A DNA stretch of 32,000 bases from Zymomonas mobilis subsp. mobilis ATCC 10988 (GTDB taxonomy: Bacteria; Pseudomonadota; Alphaproteobacteria; Sphingomonadales; Sphingomonadaceae), in the NCBI RefSeq assembly GCF_000175255.2, contig NC_017262.1:600001-632000 (forward strand). Direction: 5' to 3'. Of the stretch, positions 19,213-28,203 are shown piece by piece (position 1 is the first letter of the stretch; each line of letters opens with the position of its first letter). Below the pieces are notes generated by a model. The model ran no database searches, was not told the DNA's origin, and saw only the letters and a list, made by a program, of their open reading frames with translations. Made by a program: the position numbers and the translations under genes.

Positions 19213-19863
19213 GTGACCACAGATAAAGCGAAAAAGACAGCCCTTCTTCTGATTGAATATCAGAACGACTTTGCCAATCCCAATGGCGTTTTTTATGAAG
19301 CTGTCAAACCCGTGATGGATGCCAGCGGCATGTTGGAAAACACACAGGATCTGGTCGCAAAAGCGCGGGCTTTGGGCGTGCATATTCTTTTCTGCCCGAT
19401 AACCTTCACCGCTGATTATCATGAAATGAATCCCCAGACCCATGGCATCCTGAAAGCTATCCTTGAAAAACAGGCTTTTCAGCAAGGCTCTTGGGGGGCT
19501 GAAATCATCGAACAGCTTCCGGTAAAAGAAACGGATATCGTTATCGAAGGCAAGCGAGGATTATCGGGTTTCTACAGCACGAATCTCGATTTCATCTTGC
19601 GCCAACTCAAAATTGAAACCCTTGCGGTCGCTGGATTCCTGACCAATTGCTGTGTCGAAGCAACCTTGCGGACAGGCTATGAAAAAGGCTTCGATACAGT
19701 CGCCTTGACCGATTGCACCGCCGCCACCAGTGCGGAAGAACAGCAATTTTCGGTCACTAAAAACTTCCCCATGTTCTCCCGCCCCCTGCCCTATCAGGAT
19801 TTCCTAACCGAACTAACCAGCGGAAACCGGACAGACACTTCGGGAGGTGGCTATGCCGGATAA
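19213..19863 (+). CDS. Isochorismatase-fold cysteine hydrolase
   Basis: GTG start; ALLLIEYQNDF, IEGKRGLSGF, GFLTNCCVEATLR (catalytic Cys region). Confidence 0.9.
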   Translation: MTTDKAKKTALLLIEYQNDFANPNGVFYEAVKPVMDASGMLENTQDLVAKARALGVHILFCPITFTADYHEMNPQTHGILKAILEKQAFQQGSWGAEIIEQLPVKETDIVIEGKRGLSGFYSTNLDFILRQLKIETLAVAGFLTNCCVEATLRTGYEKGFDTVALTDCTAATSAEEQQFSVTKNFPMFSRPLPYQDFLTELTSGNRTDTSGGGYAG

Positions 19864-20977
19864 GGCAGCATCAACAAGAAAAGACAGCTTACTGGAAGCG
19901 CTTATTCCCGCGCTTTTCAATAAAGCCCTCAGCCTCAGTAAAGCCGGACGGACAGAAGAAGCCTTGGTGGTCTATGCCGATCTTGATGATCGTCTCAAGG
20001 ATGCTACCGAACCCCAATGGCAACTTTATGGGGCAATGACACTTGCCAATCAGGCTAGCTGTTTTCGGATATTACAAAATCCCCAAGCTGAAATAGCGAC
20101 CCATGATCGTTTGATAGAACGCTTCGGGAATTTGCCAGATACCGAACTTCAAATCTATGTCGGGAAAAGCCTCTTCGACAAGGCCGTCTTGCTCAGCAAT
20201 GCCGAAAAATATCAGGATGCTATCGACAGCTATGATGCCCTCATCCAACATTTTTCGGAAAACCCCTTGCCTTTGTTACAATCGGGGGTAGCCAAGGCTT
20301 TATTTAATAAAGCCAGCTTGTTCAGCAAGATGAATGAGACAGAGAAATCTATCGCCTGTTGCGATGATTTGCTGACCCGTTTTGCCGATAACAAAGATCC
20401 GAATATCGAAAAAATTGTTGCCAATACCCTGCTCAACAAGGCGGGTTGTATTAAAAAACTAGGGCAGCATGACCGGATGATTGCTGCCTATGATTGTTTC
20501 CTGAATCGTTTTTCCGATAGCAAAGAAGACGATATACAGCTTTGCCTTGCCTTGGTGTCGATCAAGAAAGCCGAAGCCCTTAAAAATAATGACCAACTGG
20601 AAGAGGCTTTTTCAATCTATGAAAGCCTTATTCATCGCTTTGAAAAAGATGAAAGCGATGAAATGGCGTTCCAACTGGCCAAAGCCTATATCAATGCCGC
20701 CGATATTCTCTGTCGCCTGCAACGGCGGGCAGATGAAAATAATCTTTACACCGCCTTTATCACTCGTTTTCTTTCCACCAAGGAGCCCAGCCTCCAAATT
20801 GCGGTCGCCACAGCTTTAATTAAAAAGGCAACCAATCTCGTCGCCAAAGGACAGGTGAAAGAAGCGATTGATTGTTACGATCTCGTCTTAAATTCGCTGG
20901 ATGACAGCGAAAATCAGGAATTAAAAAAATACCATATCTTGGCGGAAAAAGAGAAAAATAGCCTCGAAACTGTGTAA
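19853..20977 (+). CDS. Repeat protein made of 43-residue TPR-like units
   Basis: Repeats such as SGVAKALFNKASLFSKMNETEKSIACCDDLLTRFADNKDPNIE. ATG at 19853 preceded by GGGAGG; overlaps the 3' end of the upstream gene. Confidence 0.88.
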   Translation: MPDKAASTRKDSLLEALIPALFNKALSLSKAGRTEEALVVYADLDDRLKDATEPQWQLYGAMTLANQASCFRILQNPQAEIATHDRLIERFGNLPDTELQIYVGKSLFDKAVLLSNAEKYQDAIDSYDALIQHFSENPLPLLQSGVAKALFNKASLFSKMNETEKSIACCDDLLTRFADNKDPNIEKIVANTLLNKAGCIKKLGQHDRMIAAYDCFLNRFSDSKEDDIQLCLALVSIKKAEALKNNDQLEEAFSIYESLIHRFEKDESDEMAFQLAKAYINAADILCRLQRRADENNLYTAFITRFLSTKEPSLQIAVATALIKKATNLVAKGQVKEAIDCYDLVLNSLDDSENQELKKYHILAEKEKNSLETV

Positions 20978-20987
20978 CCCAATCGAT

Positions 20988-21013
20988 AAAAGGCGCTTAT
21001 CCTTGCGCCTTTT
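20988..21013 (+). terminator. Hairpin terminator or attenuator between the two repeat-protein genes
   Basis: AAAAGGCGC (20988-20996) / loop / GCGCCTTTT (21005-21013). Confidence 0.65.
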
Positions 21014-21087
21014 ATTACCTCTCGCGATCTCAATTTTCATAAGACAAAAGGCAAATTCTCCGATCTTTCGGATAGCGTCTTTTTTCT

Positions 21088-22509
21088 ATGGCCTTTATAG
21101 CCCTAGACTTCCTGTCTTATTTCATTTTCAAAAGCGACGGCAAAAGCAGCATGAATAGCATAATCGAACAAGCGAAAAGCCAATTTGAAAGCCTGATGGA
21201 ACCCTCCACAGAGCAAGATAACGAAACCCGTTTAAAGAGCTATGACGAATGGCTGGCATCTTTTTCCAAAGAGCAGGCAAAAGATTTACAGATTTACATC
21301 GCCATGATGCTCGCCAGCAAAGCCAGTTGCTTGGCTGCCATGAATCGAATTGATGATGCGCTTACCGCCTATGATGCCTTGATAAGCCGCTTCATCGAAG
21401 CCGAAGATATCAATTTACAGATTTTCGCTGGAAAAGCGCTGTTCGACAAGGCGGTCACGCTTCGCAAAGCCAAACGGAATGAAGAAGTTCATCCCGTTTA
21501 TGATGAATTAATCACCCGTTTCCGCGATAGTCAGGAAGCCGAATTACAGATTTGTGTTGCCAAGGCTTTGTTTAACAAAGCAGGCAATCTGGATGCCGTC
21601 GAAAAAGACGAAGAAGCGCTTAGCAGCTATAACGAACTTATTTCCCTGTTCTCGGGCAGCGAAACGCCCGAATTGCGGAATAATGTCGCCAAAGCGTTAT
21701 TCTATAAAGCGGTTACCTTAAAAAAACTGGAACGGACAGAAGAAGAAATCGCCTGTTACGACCAGTTAATCAGCCTCTTTTCGGATGTTGATGATAAAGA
21801 AGTTCAAAACGGCATTGCCAAGGCCTTATTCAACAAAGCCGCCGCCCTTTATCACCTCAATCAGACCGATGAAGCGATTGCCGTTTATGACGCGCTTATT
21901 CAGCGTTTCATCGACACCGAAGACGATGCCACCGCTAAAATCGTCGCCAACAGCTTTTTTGAAAAAACTGGCCTGTTAAGCGAGCAAGGCCGCGTCGAAG
22001 AAGAAATTGACGGCTATAATCGCTTTCTTGCTCGTTTTTCGGATTCACAAGATCCGTCTATCCATATCATGATTGCCACGGCCTTGATCAATAAAGCGAT
22101 CAGCTTGGCACAGGCAGGACAGGATGCGGAAGCGCTTGCCAGCTATGACGATCTCCTTGGCCGTTTTGGCGACAGCGAAGATCCCAATCTGCAACTTTAT
22201 GTCGCGCGGGCATTATTCAGCAAAGGCAGTCATCTCGGCGATCATGGTAATCCCGAAGCCGCCCTTCCGGTTTATGACGATTTCCTGACCCGTTTTTCCA
22301 AAACAGAAAATGGCGGATTACAGATCGGGGTTGCCACAACCTATCTTAAAAAGGCTATTTATCTAATCAGCCTTGGTCGCCTTGATGAGGCCGAGGCCAG
22401 CTATAATCATCTGATTAACGATATGGATGCAGAAAAAAATGTAACGCTGCGCCAATATATCGCGATGGCACAGCAGGGCAAAAGCGAGCTTGAAAAACAG
22501 CGCGCCTAA
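21088..22509 (+). CDS. Repeat protein made of 43-residue TPR-like units, paralogous to the preceding gene
   Basis: At least nine consecutive 43-aa units, for example NNVAKALFYKAVTLKKLERTEEEIACYDQLISLFSDVDDKEVQ. The start could instead be the internal ATG at 21151. Confidence 0.88.
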   Translation: MAFIALDFLSYFIFKSDGKSSMNSIIEQAKSQFESLMEPSTEQDNETRLKSYDEWLASFSKEQAKDLQIYIAMMLASKASCLAAMNRIDDALTAYDALISRFIEAEDINLQIFAGKALFDKAVTLRKAKRNEEVHPVYDELITRFRDSQEAELQICVAKALFNKAGNLDAVEKDEEALSSYNELISLFSGSETPELRNNVAKALFYKAVTLKKLERTEEEIACYDQLISLFSDVDDKEVQNGIAKALFNKAAALYHLNQTDEAIAVYDALIQRFIDTEDDATAKIVANSFFEKTGLLSEQGRVEEEIDGYNRFLARFSDSQDPSIHIMIATALINKAISLAQAGQDAEALASYDDLLGRFGDSEDPNLQLYVARALFSKGSHLGDHGNPEAALPVYDDFLTRFSKTENGGLQIGVATTYLKKAIYLISLGRLDEAEASYNHLINDMDAEKNVTLRQYIAMAQQGKSELEKQRA

Positions 22510-22524
22510 CGCCCGCTTTCACTG

Positions 22525-22562
22525 AAAAAAAAGAAGCTCTGTTTCGGCAGAGCTTCTTTTCT
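22525..22562. terminator. Bidirectional rho-independent terminator
   Basis: AAAAAAAAGAAGCTCTG-TTTCGG-CAGAGCTTCTTTTT, stem AGAAGCTCTG (22532-22541) with CAGAGCTTCT (22548-22557), between convergent genes. Confidence 0.9.
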
Positions 22563-22584
22563 AACTATAAAAGATTATACCGGA

Positions 22585-22887
22585 TTAGCGGATATTCTGG
22601 AATATTTGCTTTAACTGCATCGCAGGCGTCATCGCGCCTTTGACTTTAACCCGTCCGGTCATAAAGGCCGTCATCGGATTAAGCTGACCATTCGCCAAAG
22701 CCTTAAAATCACCCCAACTAAGGCTGATTACGCTATCGGCTTCTCCGTCATCCCGTTCCACTTTGCGACTGATACCATCCAACAGGATGGTGCCTTCTTC
22801 TCCAAAGTCGAATTTGATTTTGGAACCGGCAACATAGGCATCACTTTTGATGACTTTGGCGATGAACTGATCCTGCGTAAAATCCAA
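22585..22887 (-). CDS. SCP2 sterol-binding domain-like protein
   Basis: 100 aa; DGEADSVISLSWGDFKALANGQLNPMTAFMTGRVKVKGAMTPAMQLKQIF is typical of the SCP2 fold. Confidence 0.85.
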   Translation of the reverse strand: MDFTQDQFIAKVIKSDAYVAGSKIKFDFGEEGTILLDGISRKVERDDGEADSVISLSWGDFKALANGQLNPMTAFMTGRVKVKGAMTPAMQLKQIFQNIR

Positions 22888-22924
22888 AATATATTCCTTC
22901 GATGCTGTTTATCCGGCCTCAACC

Positions 22925-23179
22925 TTATTTTGCCAATAATGGGTCGAGCTTACCTTCACTGTTCAATTTGACCAGATCATCACAGCCACCGATATGCTTG
23001 TCATCAATAAAGATCTGCGGAACGGTTCGGCCACCGGAACGCTTAATCATTTCGGTTCTTTTAGCGCTGTCATCCGTGACGTCATATTCGTCAAAACTCA
23101 CGCCTTTTTCGGCGAACAGAGCTTTTGCCCGTTTGCAATAGGGGCAAACTCGCGTGGTATAAATTTCGATATGCGCCAT
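22925..23179 (-). CDS. grxC: Glutaredoxin 3
   Basis: 84 aa; VEIYTTRVCPYCKRAK-like CPYC active site, GGRTVPQIFIDDKHIGGCDDL. Confidence 0.93.
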   Translation of the reverse strand: MAHIEIYTTRVCPYCKRAKALFAEKGVSFDEYDVTDDSAKRTEMIKRSGGRTVPQIFIDDKHIGGCDDLVKLNSEGKLDPLLAK

Positions 23180-23350
23180 GAATACTCTCCCAATGAATGA
23201 AGCGAAGGCCGCGTCATCTCCAATCCTAAGATAGGAGAAAACCGACTAAATGTTACTGGCACCAAGCTACTATTTTACCCAGAACAGATAAAATAAAATA
23301 TTGAGATCATAGTGATGCAATGAATTACAGGAACCCAATAACCCTCATCC

Positions 23351-23977
23351 TCACATCAAATTGATACCAAACAGCAAAACATTCGGTTCTGGCCGAACAA
23401 TCTGCAAATCGCCATTTCTCTCTTTGATAAGGGTATAGATAAGCCATGCCGCCACCAAACGCGGCGTTAATTGATCTTGCGGGGTTTTCCCTAACAAGGT
23501 TGCTTCAATCTGCTCATCAAAGACCAAACGCCGCCCTTCTGCCCGAATAACAATTTCATTGCCTTCGGCTCCAATATCGAGATTACCGCCTCGCACCAAA
23601 GCATCAGACGCAATCAAAGACAGATTCAGCAGAATACGAACCGCTTGTTTTTCCATAACCGGATCATCAACCATCCATCCCAACTGGATGCGATGGTCAA
23701 AACCGAATAATCCGGCAATAGCCTCACGAATTTCCTCAGTGTCCACAGATTCAGAAAAGCCTCCGCCCTGCCCAAAGGCCAATCGGAAAAATTTCAGCTT
23801 ACTCGCTGAAACCTTGGCACTTTCAGAAAGGAGGTCAATACAACGCGCCCGCATTTCAGGGTCATGTTCGTCGGCCAACAATTCGATGCCGTTATTCATG
23901 GCACTGACAGGACTTAAGAGATCATGACAAAGCCGTGAGCAGAGCAAGCTTGCCAGATTGATAGCTGTCATGGTCAT
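23351..23977 (-). CDS. chpT: Histidine phosphotransferase ChpT-like protein
   Basis: LLCSRLCHDLLSPVSAMNNGIELL with HD(L)xSPxxAxxNG motif; degenerate ATPase-like C-terminal half. Family typical of alphaproteobacterial CckA-ChpT-CtrA relay. Confidence 0.82.
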   Translation of the reverse strand: MTMTAINLASLLCSRLCHDLLSPVSAMNNGIELLADEHDPEMRARCIDLLSESAKVSASKLKFFRLAFGQGGGFSESVDTEEIREAIAGLFGFDHRIQLGWMVDDPVMEKQAVRILLNLSLIASDALVRGGNLDIGAEGNEIVIRAEGRRLVFDEQIEATLLGKTPQDQLTPRLVAAWLIYTLIKERNGDLQIVRPEPNVLLFGINLM

Positions 23978-24094
23978 AAAGTCAAAGATCCTTCAAACTG
24001 ACATTTTAATAAGGTTATCTTATTTAAATAGAATAAGTTAAAGCTATAGTAAAAAGACTTACCACAAGCTGTCATTTATTATTTTCAGGCATAT

Positions 24095-24550
24095 TTACTC
24101 GACAACAAGTCGGCAAGGATGAAATATGCCTTCAACCACCCCGTTTTTACCGGCATACCATCCTTCTATTTTATTGGAAGCCGCAATCAACCAATATTGC
24201 CCATCATGTGCCAAAGCTGCATCCCAATGAGACGGACGACAATTACCCGATGGATGGGAATGATAATGGCCAATGACCTTTAAACCCCGCTCTCGCGCTT
24301 CTCGATGGGAACGGATCAGATCCGCTTCTTCCATTTCAAAAAAACGCTCTGGATGGGCGGCTTTATTTTCCATCGGCCTGATTTCGGTCACAGAATTCGC
24401 TTTACCGATTAAAAGGCCGCATATTTCCTTATCAGGACAGGCCGAAGCCGCCTGTAAAATCGTTTCAACAAAAGACGAAGCGATAAAAAATTTCACGCTT
24501 TCCTTGTCAGAAAGCGGAATTCCATTAGTGAAAGCCATAAAGAACACCAT
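24095..24550 (-). CDS. JAMM/MPN+ (M67-like) metallopeptidase family protein
   Basis: EICGLLIGK then HYHSHPSGNCRPSHWDAALA, matching HxHx(7)Sx(2)D. True start uncertain (24538 also possible). Confidence 0.88.
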   Translation of the reverse strand: MVFFMAFTNGIPLSDKESVKFFIASSFVETILQAASACPDKEICGLLIGKANSVTEIRPMENKAAHPERFFEMEEADLIRSHREARERGLKVIGHYHSHPSGNCRPSHWDAALAHDGQYWLIAASNKIEGWYAGKNGVVEGIFHPCRLVVE

Positions 24551-24594
24551 GGCAAATCATCGGAACAAATCCAAGGGAGCTTGATAGAAAAGCA

Positions 24595-25548
24595 ATGCCG
24601 ACAGAACAAGTGACGTTAACAGAAGAAATGATCGGCTGGCGCTTGGATCGGGCTTTGGCCAGTTTGATAACCCGCCTTTCGCGGGAAAGACTAAAAAACC
24701 TGATTTCCTCCGGCTGTGTTAGTAACAGCCAAGGGGCATTGGTGCGCGATCCGGCTTTCAAGATCAAAAGCCTTGATTGCTTTACCGTTGATATCCCCCT
24801 TCCCCGTCCGGCACATAACGAACCGCAAGACATCCCACTGGAAATTGTTTTCGAAGATGAGCATCTGCTAGTTGTCAATAAACCAGCCGGCATGGTGGTG
24901 CATCCTGCGGCCGGTAATTATGATAATACCTTGGTGAATGCTCTGCTTTATCATTGCGCCGGAAAATTATCCGGCATTGGCGGCGTGGCAAGACCGGGTA
25001 TTGTCCATCGCATTGATAAGGACACCAGCGGTCTGTTGGTGGTAGCCAAAACCGATCCCGCGCATGCAGGCCTTGCAGCACAATTTGCCGACCATTCGAT
25101 TAACCGCCGTTATCGGGCGATTGTTGACGGCCATCCCAGCCTCCAAGGCCATGTTGATGCACCTCTGGCTCGCTCTTCCGTCAATCGCCAAAAAATGGCG
25201 ATCGTCTCTGATGGACGCGGCAAACGGGCGGTGACCCATTATCGCATGATTACGCCTTTAAAAAATGCCTCTCTTATAGAATGTCGCCTTGAAACGGGGC
25301 GGACGCATCAAGTCAGGGTGCATATGTCCTCTATCGGCCATTCTTTATTGGGTGATCCGGTTTATGGACGGAGCAAAAAGGCGCATCATGCGTTATTACA
25401 ATCGTTGGCTTTTCAAAGGCAGGCTCTACATGCTGCCCATCTGGGTTTTATTCACCCGATTTCAGGTAAACAGGTGGACTTTGATGCGGAAATGCCCCAA
25501 GATATGCAGCTTTTATTCAAGATGCTTATGATAAGCAATCGTAACTAA
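24595..25548 (+). CDS. rluD: Large-subunit pseudouridine synthase RluD-like
   Basis: 317 aa; S4-like N-terminus (WRLDRALASLITRLSRERLKNLISSG), catalytic GIVHRIDKDTSGLLVVAKT, CRLETGRTHQVRVHM. Confidence 0.93.
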   Translation: MPTEQVTLTEEMIGWRLDRALASLITRLSRERLKNLISSGCVSNSQGALVRDPAFKIKSLDCFTVDIPLPRPAHNEPQDIPLEIVFEDEHLLVVNKPAGMVVHPAAGNYDNTLVNALLYHCAGKLSGIGGVARPGIVHRIDKDTSGLLVVAKTDPAHAGLAAQFADHSINRRYRAIVDGHPSLQGHVDAPLARSSVNRQKMAIVSDGRGKRAVTHYRMITPLKNASLIECRLETGRTHQVRVHMSSIGHSLLGDPVYGRSKKAHHALLQSLAFQRQALHAAHLGFIHPISGKQVDFDAEMPQDMQLLFKMLMISNRN

Positions 25549-25600
25549 ACAGCCAACTATTCGTAGGTAGCAAATTTGGGAAGACGGGAGAAAGATCAAA

Positions 25601-26509
25601 ATGGCCACCAGTAGCACCCTTCCGGCAGTGGTTCCTGCATTGGGCGGTGACCAGAGTCTTAACCATTACTTGGCCGATATCCGCAAATTTCCGATTTTAA
25701 AACCGGAAGAAGAATATATGCTGGCTAAACGCTTTCAGGAACACCAAGATCCGAAAGCAGCCAGCCGTCTGGTAACCTCCCATTTACGTCTGGTTGCCAA
25801 AATCGCGATGGGATATCGCGGCTATGGCCTGCCTGTTTCCGAATTGATTTCAGAAGGCAATATCGGCCTGATGCAGGGTGTCAAAAAATTTGACCCCGAA
25901 CGCGGTTTTCGCCTCGCGACCTATGCCATCTGGTGGATAAAGGCTTCTATTCAGGAATATATCCTGCGGTCTTGGAGTCTCGTTAAAATGGGAACTACCG
26001 CCGCACAAAAGAAGCTGTTCTTCAATCTCCGGCGTTTAAAGAGCAATATGAATGCCTTTGAAGACGGGGATTTAAAACCGGATGAAGTCGACTCCATTGC
26101 GACCAATCTCGGGGTCAGCAATGAAGAAGTTGTCAATATGAACCGCCGCATGGCGATGGGTGGCGACAGCTCGCTCAATATCACGATGCGGGAAGACGGC
26201 GAAGGCCAGATGCAAGACTGGCTGGTTGATCAGGAACCGCTACAAGACCAACAGATCGAAGAGGAAGAAGAAAGCCTCGTTCGTCATAAATTGTTGATCG
26301 AAGCGATGGATAAACTGAACGACCGTGAAAAACATATTCTGACAGAAAGACGATTAAGCGATAACCCGAAAACACTGGAAGAATTAAGTCAGGTCTATGG
26401 GGTCAGCCGCGAACGTGTCCGGCAAATCGAGGTGAGAGCCTTCGATAAATTGCAAAAGGCGATCATGGAACTCGCCGGAGACAGAAAGCTGTTACCCGCT
26501 ATGGCATAG
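25601..26509 (+). CDS. rpoH: RNA polymerase sigma-32 factor
   Basis: 302 aa; VTSHLRLVAKIAMGYRGYGLP, LATYAIWWIKASIQEYILRSWSLVKMGTTAAQKKLFFNLRRLK (RpoH box), region 4 VYGVSRERVRQIEVRAFDKL. Confidence 0.97.
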   Translation: MATSSTLPAVVPALGGDQSLNHYLADIRKFPILKPEEEYMLAKRFQEHQDPKAASRLVTSHLRLVAKIAMGYRGYGLPVSELISEGNIGLMQGVKKFDPERGFRLATYAIWWIKASIQEYILRSWSLVKMGTTAAQKKLFFNLRRLKSNMNAFEDGDLKPDEVDSIATNLGVSNEEVVNMNRRMAMGGDSSLNITMREDGEGQMQDWLVDQEPLQDQQIEEEEESLVRHKLLIEAMDKLNDREKHILTERRLSDNPKTLEELSQVYGVSRERVRQIEVRAFDKLQKAIMELAGDRKLLPAMA

Positions 26510-26540
26510 GCGTTTTTCGCCGCTATTGGTCATCGCATTA

Positions 26541-26572
26541 AAAAACGCCCGGCCTCACGGTGGGGCGTTTTT
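26541..26572 (+). terminator. Rho-independent terminator downstream of rpoH
   Basis: AAAAACGCCC...GGGCGTTTTT. Confidence 0.88.
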
Positions 26573-26718
26573 ATTTTATAGAAAAGAATTTCCTGACACA
26601 CTGATAGTAAAGTTTAATTGTCAGACCGTTCGCGCCTTCCTTATAAAAGAAAAGACGCGCCCTACATATAAATGAACAGATTATTCTGCCTAGACAATCA
26701 TTTTTAAGGACAGGAAAA

Positions 26719-27642
26719 ATGGCAAAAATCAATACTATTTTGGAAGCGATCGGGAATACGCCTCATCTGCGTCTCAATAAGCTGTTTCCTGACCATGAAG
26801 TATGGATAAAAGTCGAAAAGAGTAATCCCGGCGGCTCAATCAAAGACCGTATCGCCCTCGCGATGATCGAAGATGCCGAAAAAAGCGGCAAATTGAAAAA
26901 AGGGGGCGTGATTATCGAACCGACCAGCGGGAATACCGGAATCGGTCTCGCTATGGTCGCCGCGGTCAAAGGCTATAAATTGATTTTGGTTATGCCTGAA
27001 TCAATGTCGATTGAAAGACGGCGTTTGATGCTGGCCTATGGTGCCGAATTTGACCTAACACCGAAAGAAAAAGGCATGGCTGGTGCTATCGAGCGCGCCC
27101 GCCAATTGGCAGAAGAAACAGAAGGTGCTTGGATTCCCCAGCAATTTGAAAATCCAGCTAATATCAATATCCATGCCACCACAACAGGGCAGGAAATCTT
27201 GAAAGATTTCGCCGATACACCGATTGATGCCCTTGTCAGCGGCGTCGGCACTGGCGGCCACCTAACTGGCATCGGTGAAAGCCTCCGTAAAAAATGGCCG
27301 GATATTCAAATTTTCGCGGTTGAACCGGCGACTTCTCCGGTTTTGGCAGGCGGCAAACCGGGCGCACATGCTATTCAGGGCATTGGTGCTGGTTTCGTGC
27401 CGAAAAATTTACATCGCAATATTCTAAATGGCATCGTTGAAATCGAGAATGACGAAGCCAAAAAATGGGCATTGCGCGCCGCGAAAGAAGAAGGTCTGTT
27501 GGTCGGCATTTCAACGGGGGCAACGCTGGCCGCCATTGCCAAGAAAATCAAAGAATTACCGGCAAATAGCCGTATTCTCGGTGTTAATTATGATACCGGT
27601 GAAAGATATCTGTCGGTGCCGGATTTCTTACCGGAAGCCTGA
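26719..27642 (+). CDS. cysK: Cysteine synthase (O-acetylserine sulfhydrylase), PLP-dependent
   Basis: 307 aa; [26 protein letters not shown] (PLP lysine), [26 protein letters not shown]. Confidence 0.93.
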   Translation: MAKINTILEAIGNTPHLRLNKLFPDHEVWIKVEKSNPGGSIKDRIALAMIEDAEKSGKLKKGGVIIEPTSGNTGIGLAMVAAVKGYKLILVMPESMSIERRRLMLAYGAEFDLTPKEKGMAGAIERARQLAEETEGAWIPQQFENPANINIHATTTGQEILKDFADTPIDALVSGVGTGGHLTGIGESLRKKWPDIQIFAVEPATSPVLAGGKPGAHAIQGIGAGFVPKNLHRNILNGIVEIENDEAKKWALRAAKEEGLLVGISTGATLAAIAKKIKELPANSRILGVNYDTGERYLSVPDFLPEA

Positions 27643-27680
27643 TACAGCCCCACTTCACACCATGCTATCGGGATTGTCTT

Positions 27681-28100
27681 TTAAGAAGGGCAATTCCCGA
27701 TACGGCGAACATCCGCTTTAAAGGCAAAAGGCATCCGCCCCGCAACGCCTTGACTATCAATGCGGGCGCTATGCCCATTATCAACATGGATAGTGGTGCG
27801 CGCCCATCCGGCCTCGCCACAACGATATTCCATAGTTGCCATATCCGGCTTGTTATCGACCACCAACGCATCACATTGGCCTGACGGAATGGCACTATGC
27901 ATCAACTGATGTGGATTACCGAGACAGACATCCGTCATGCCTTTCGGAAGCACAGAAATCCGCCATTCTCCACTTTCCAGCGAAGACAAAGCCATCGGTG
28001 TTGGTAAAGGGGGACTGGCGACAAGAGGCGACGCGACAGAAAGAACAGTGACGCATAATAACTTGCGAAGGGTCGAGCGTTTTACTCTAAAAACAGCCAT
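27681..28100 (-). CDS. Exported small protein, DUF3617-like
   Basis: 139 aa; signal peptide LRKLLCVTVLSVASPLVA; GEWRISVLPKG..C layout with four Cys in the mature region. Family assignment is tentative. Confidence 0.65.
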   Translation of the reverse strand: MAVFRVKRSTLRKLLCVTVLSVASPLVASPPLPTPMALSSLESGEWRISVLPKGMTDVCLGNPHQLMHSAIPSGQCDALVVDNKPDMATMEYRCGEAGWARTTIHVDNGHSARIDSQGVAGRMPFAFKADVRRIGNCPS

Positions 28101-28203
28101 ATTTTTTCCGTCACTGAAGATAATTATTTTGCCGTTTTGTACAAAAAAACGATAAAATTGTTAATAAAACAAATATTATTTAGTGTTAAAGCGCGAGAAG
28201 GGA

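Noticed and set aside
21088-22509. Possibility that the repeats were a CRISPR or DNA satellite
   Set aside because: The repetition is at protein level (43 aa, 129 bp period) with strongly diverged DNA; no short identical repeats with unique spacers.
23559-23927. 122-aa plus-strand ORF
   Set aside because: Fully antisense to the ChpT-like gene, whose minus-strand frame shows clear family motifs.
25601-26509. Alternative call of the sigma factor as RpoD-like
   Set aside because: Length, region 2 sequence and the QKKLFFNLR RpoH box fit sigma-32, not the housekeeping sigma factor.
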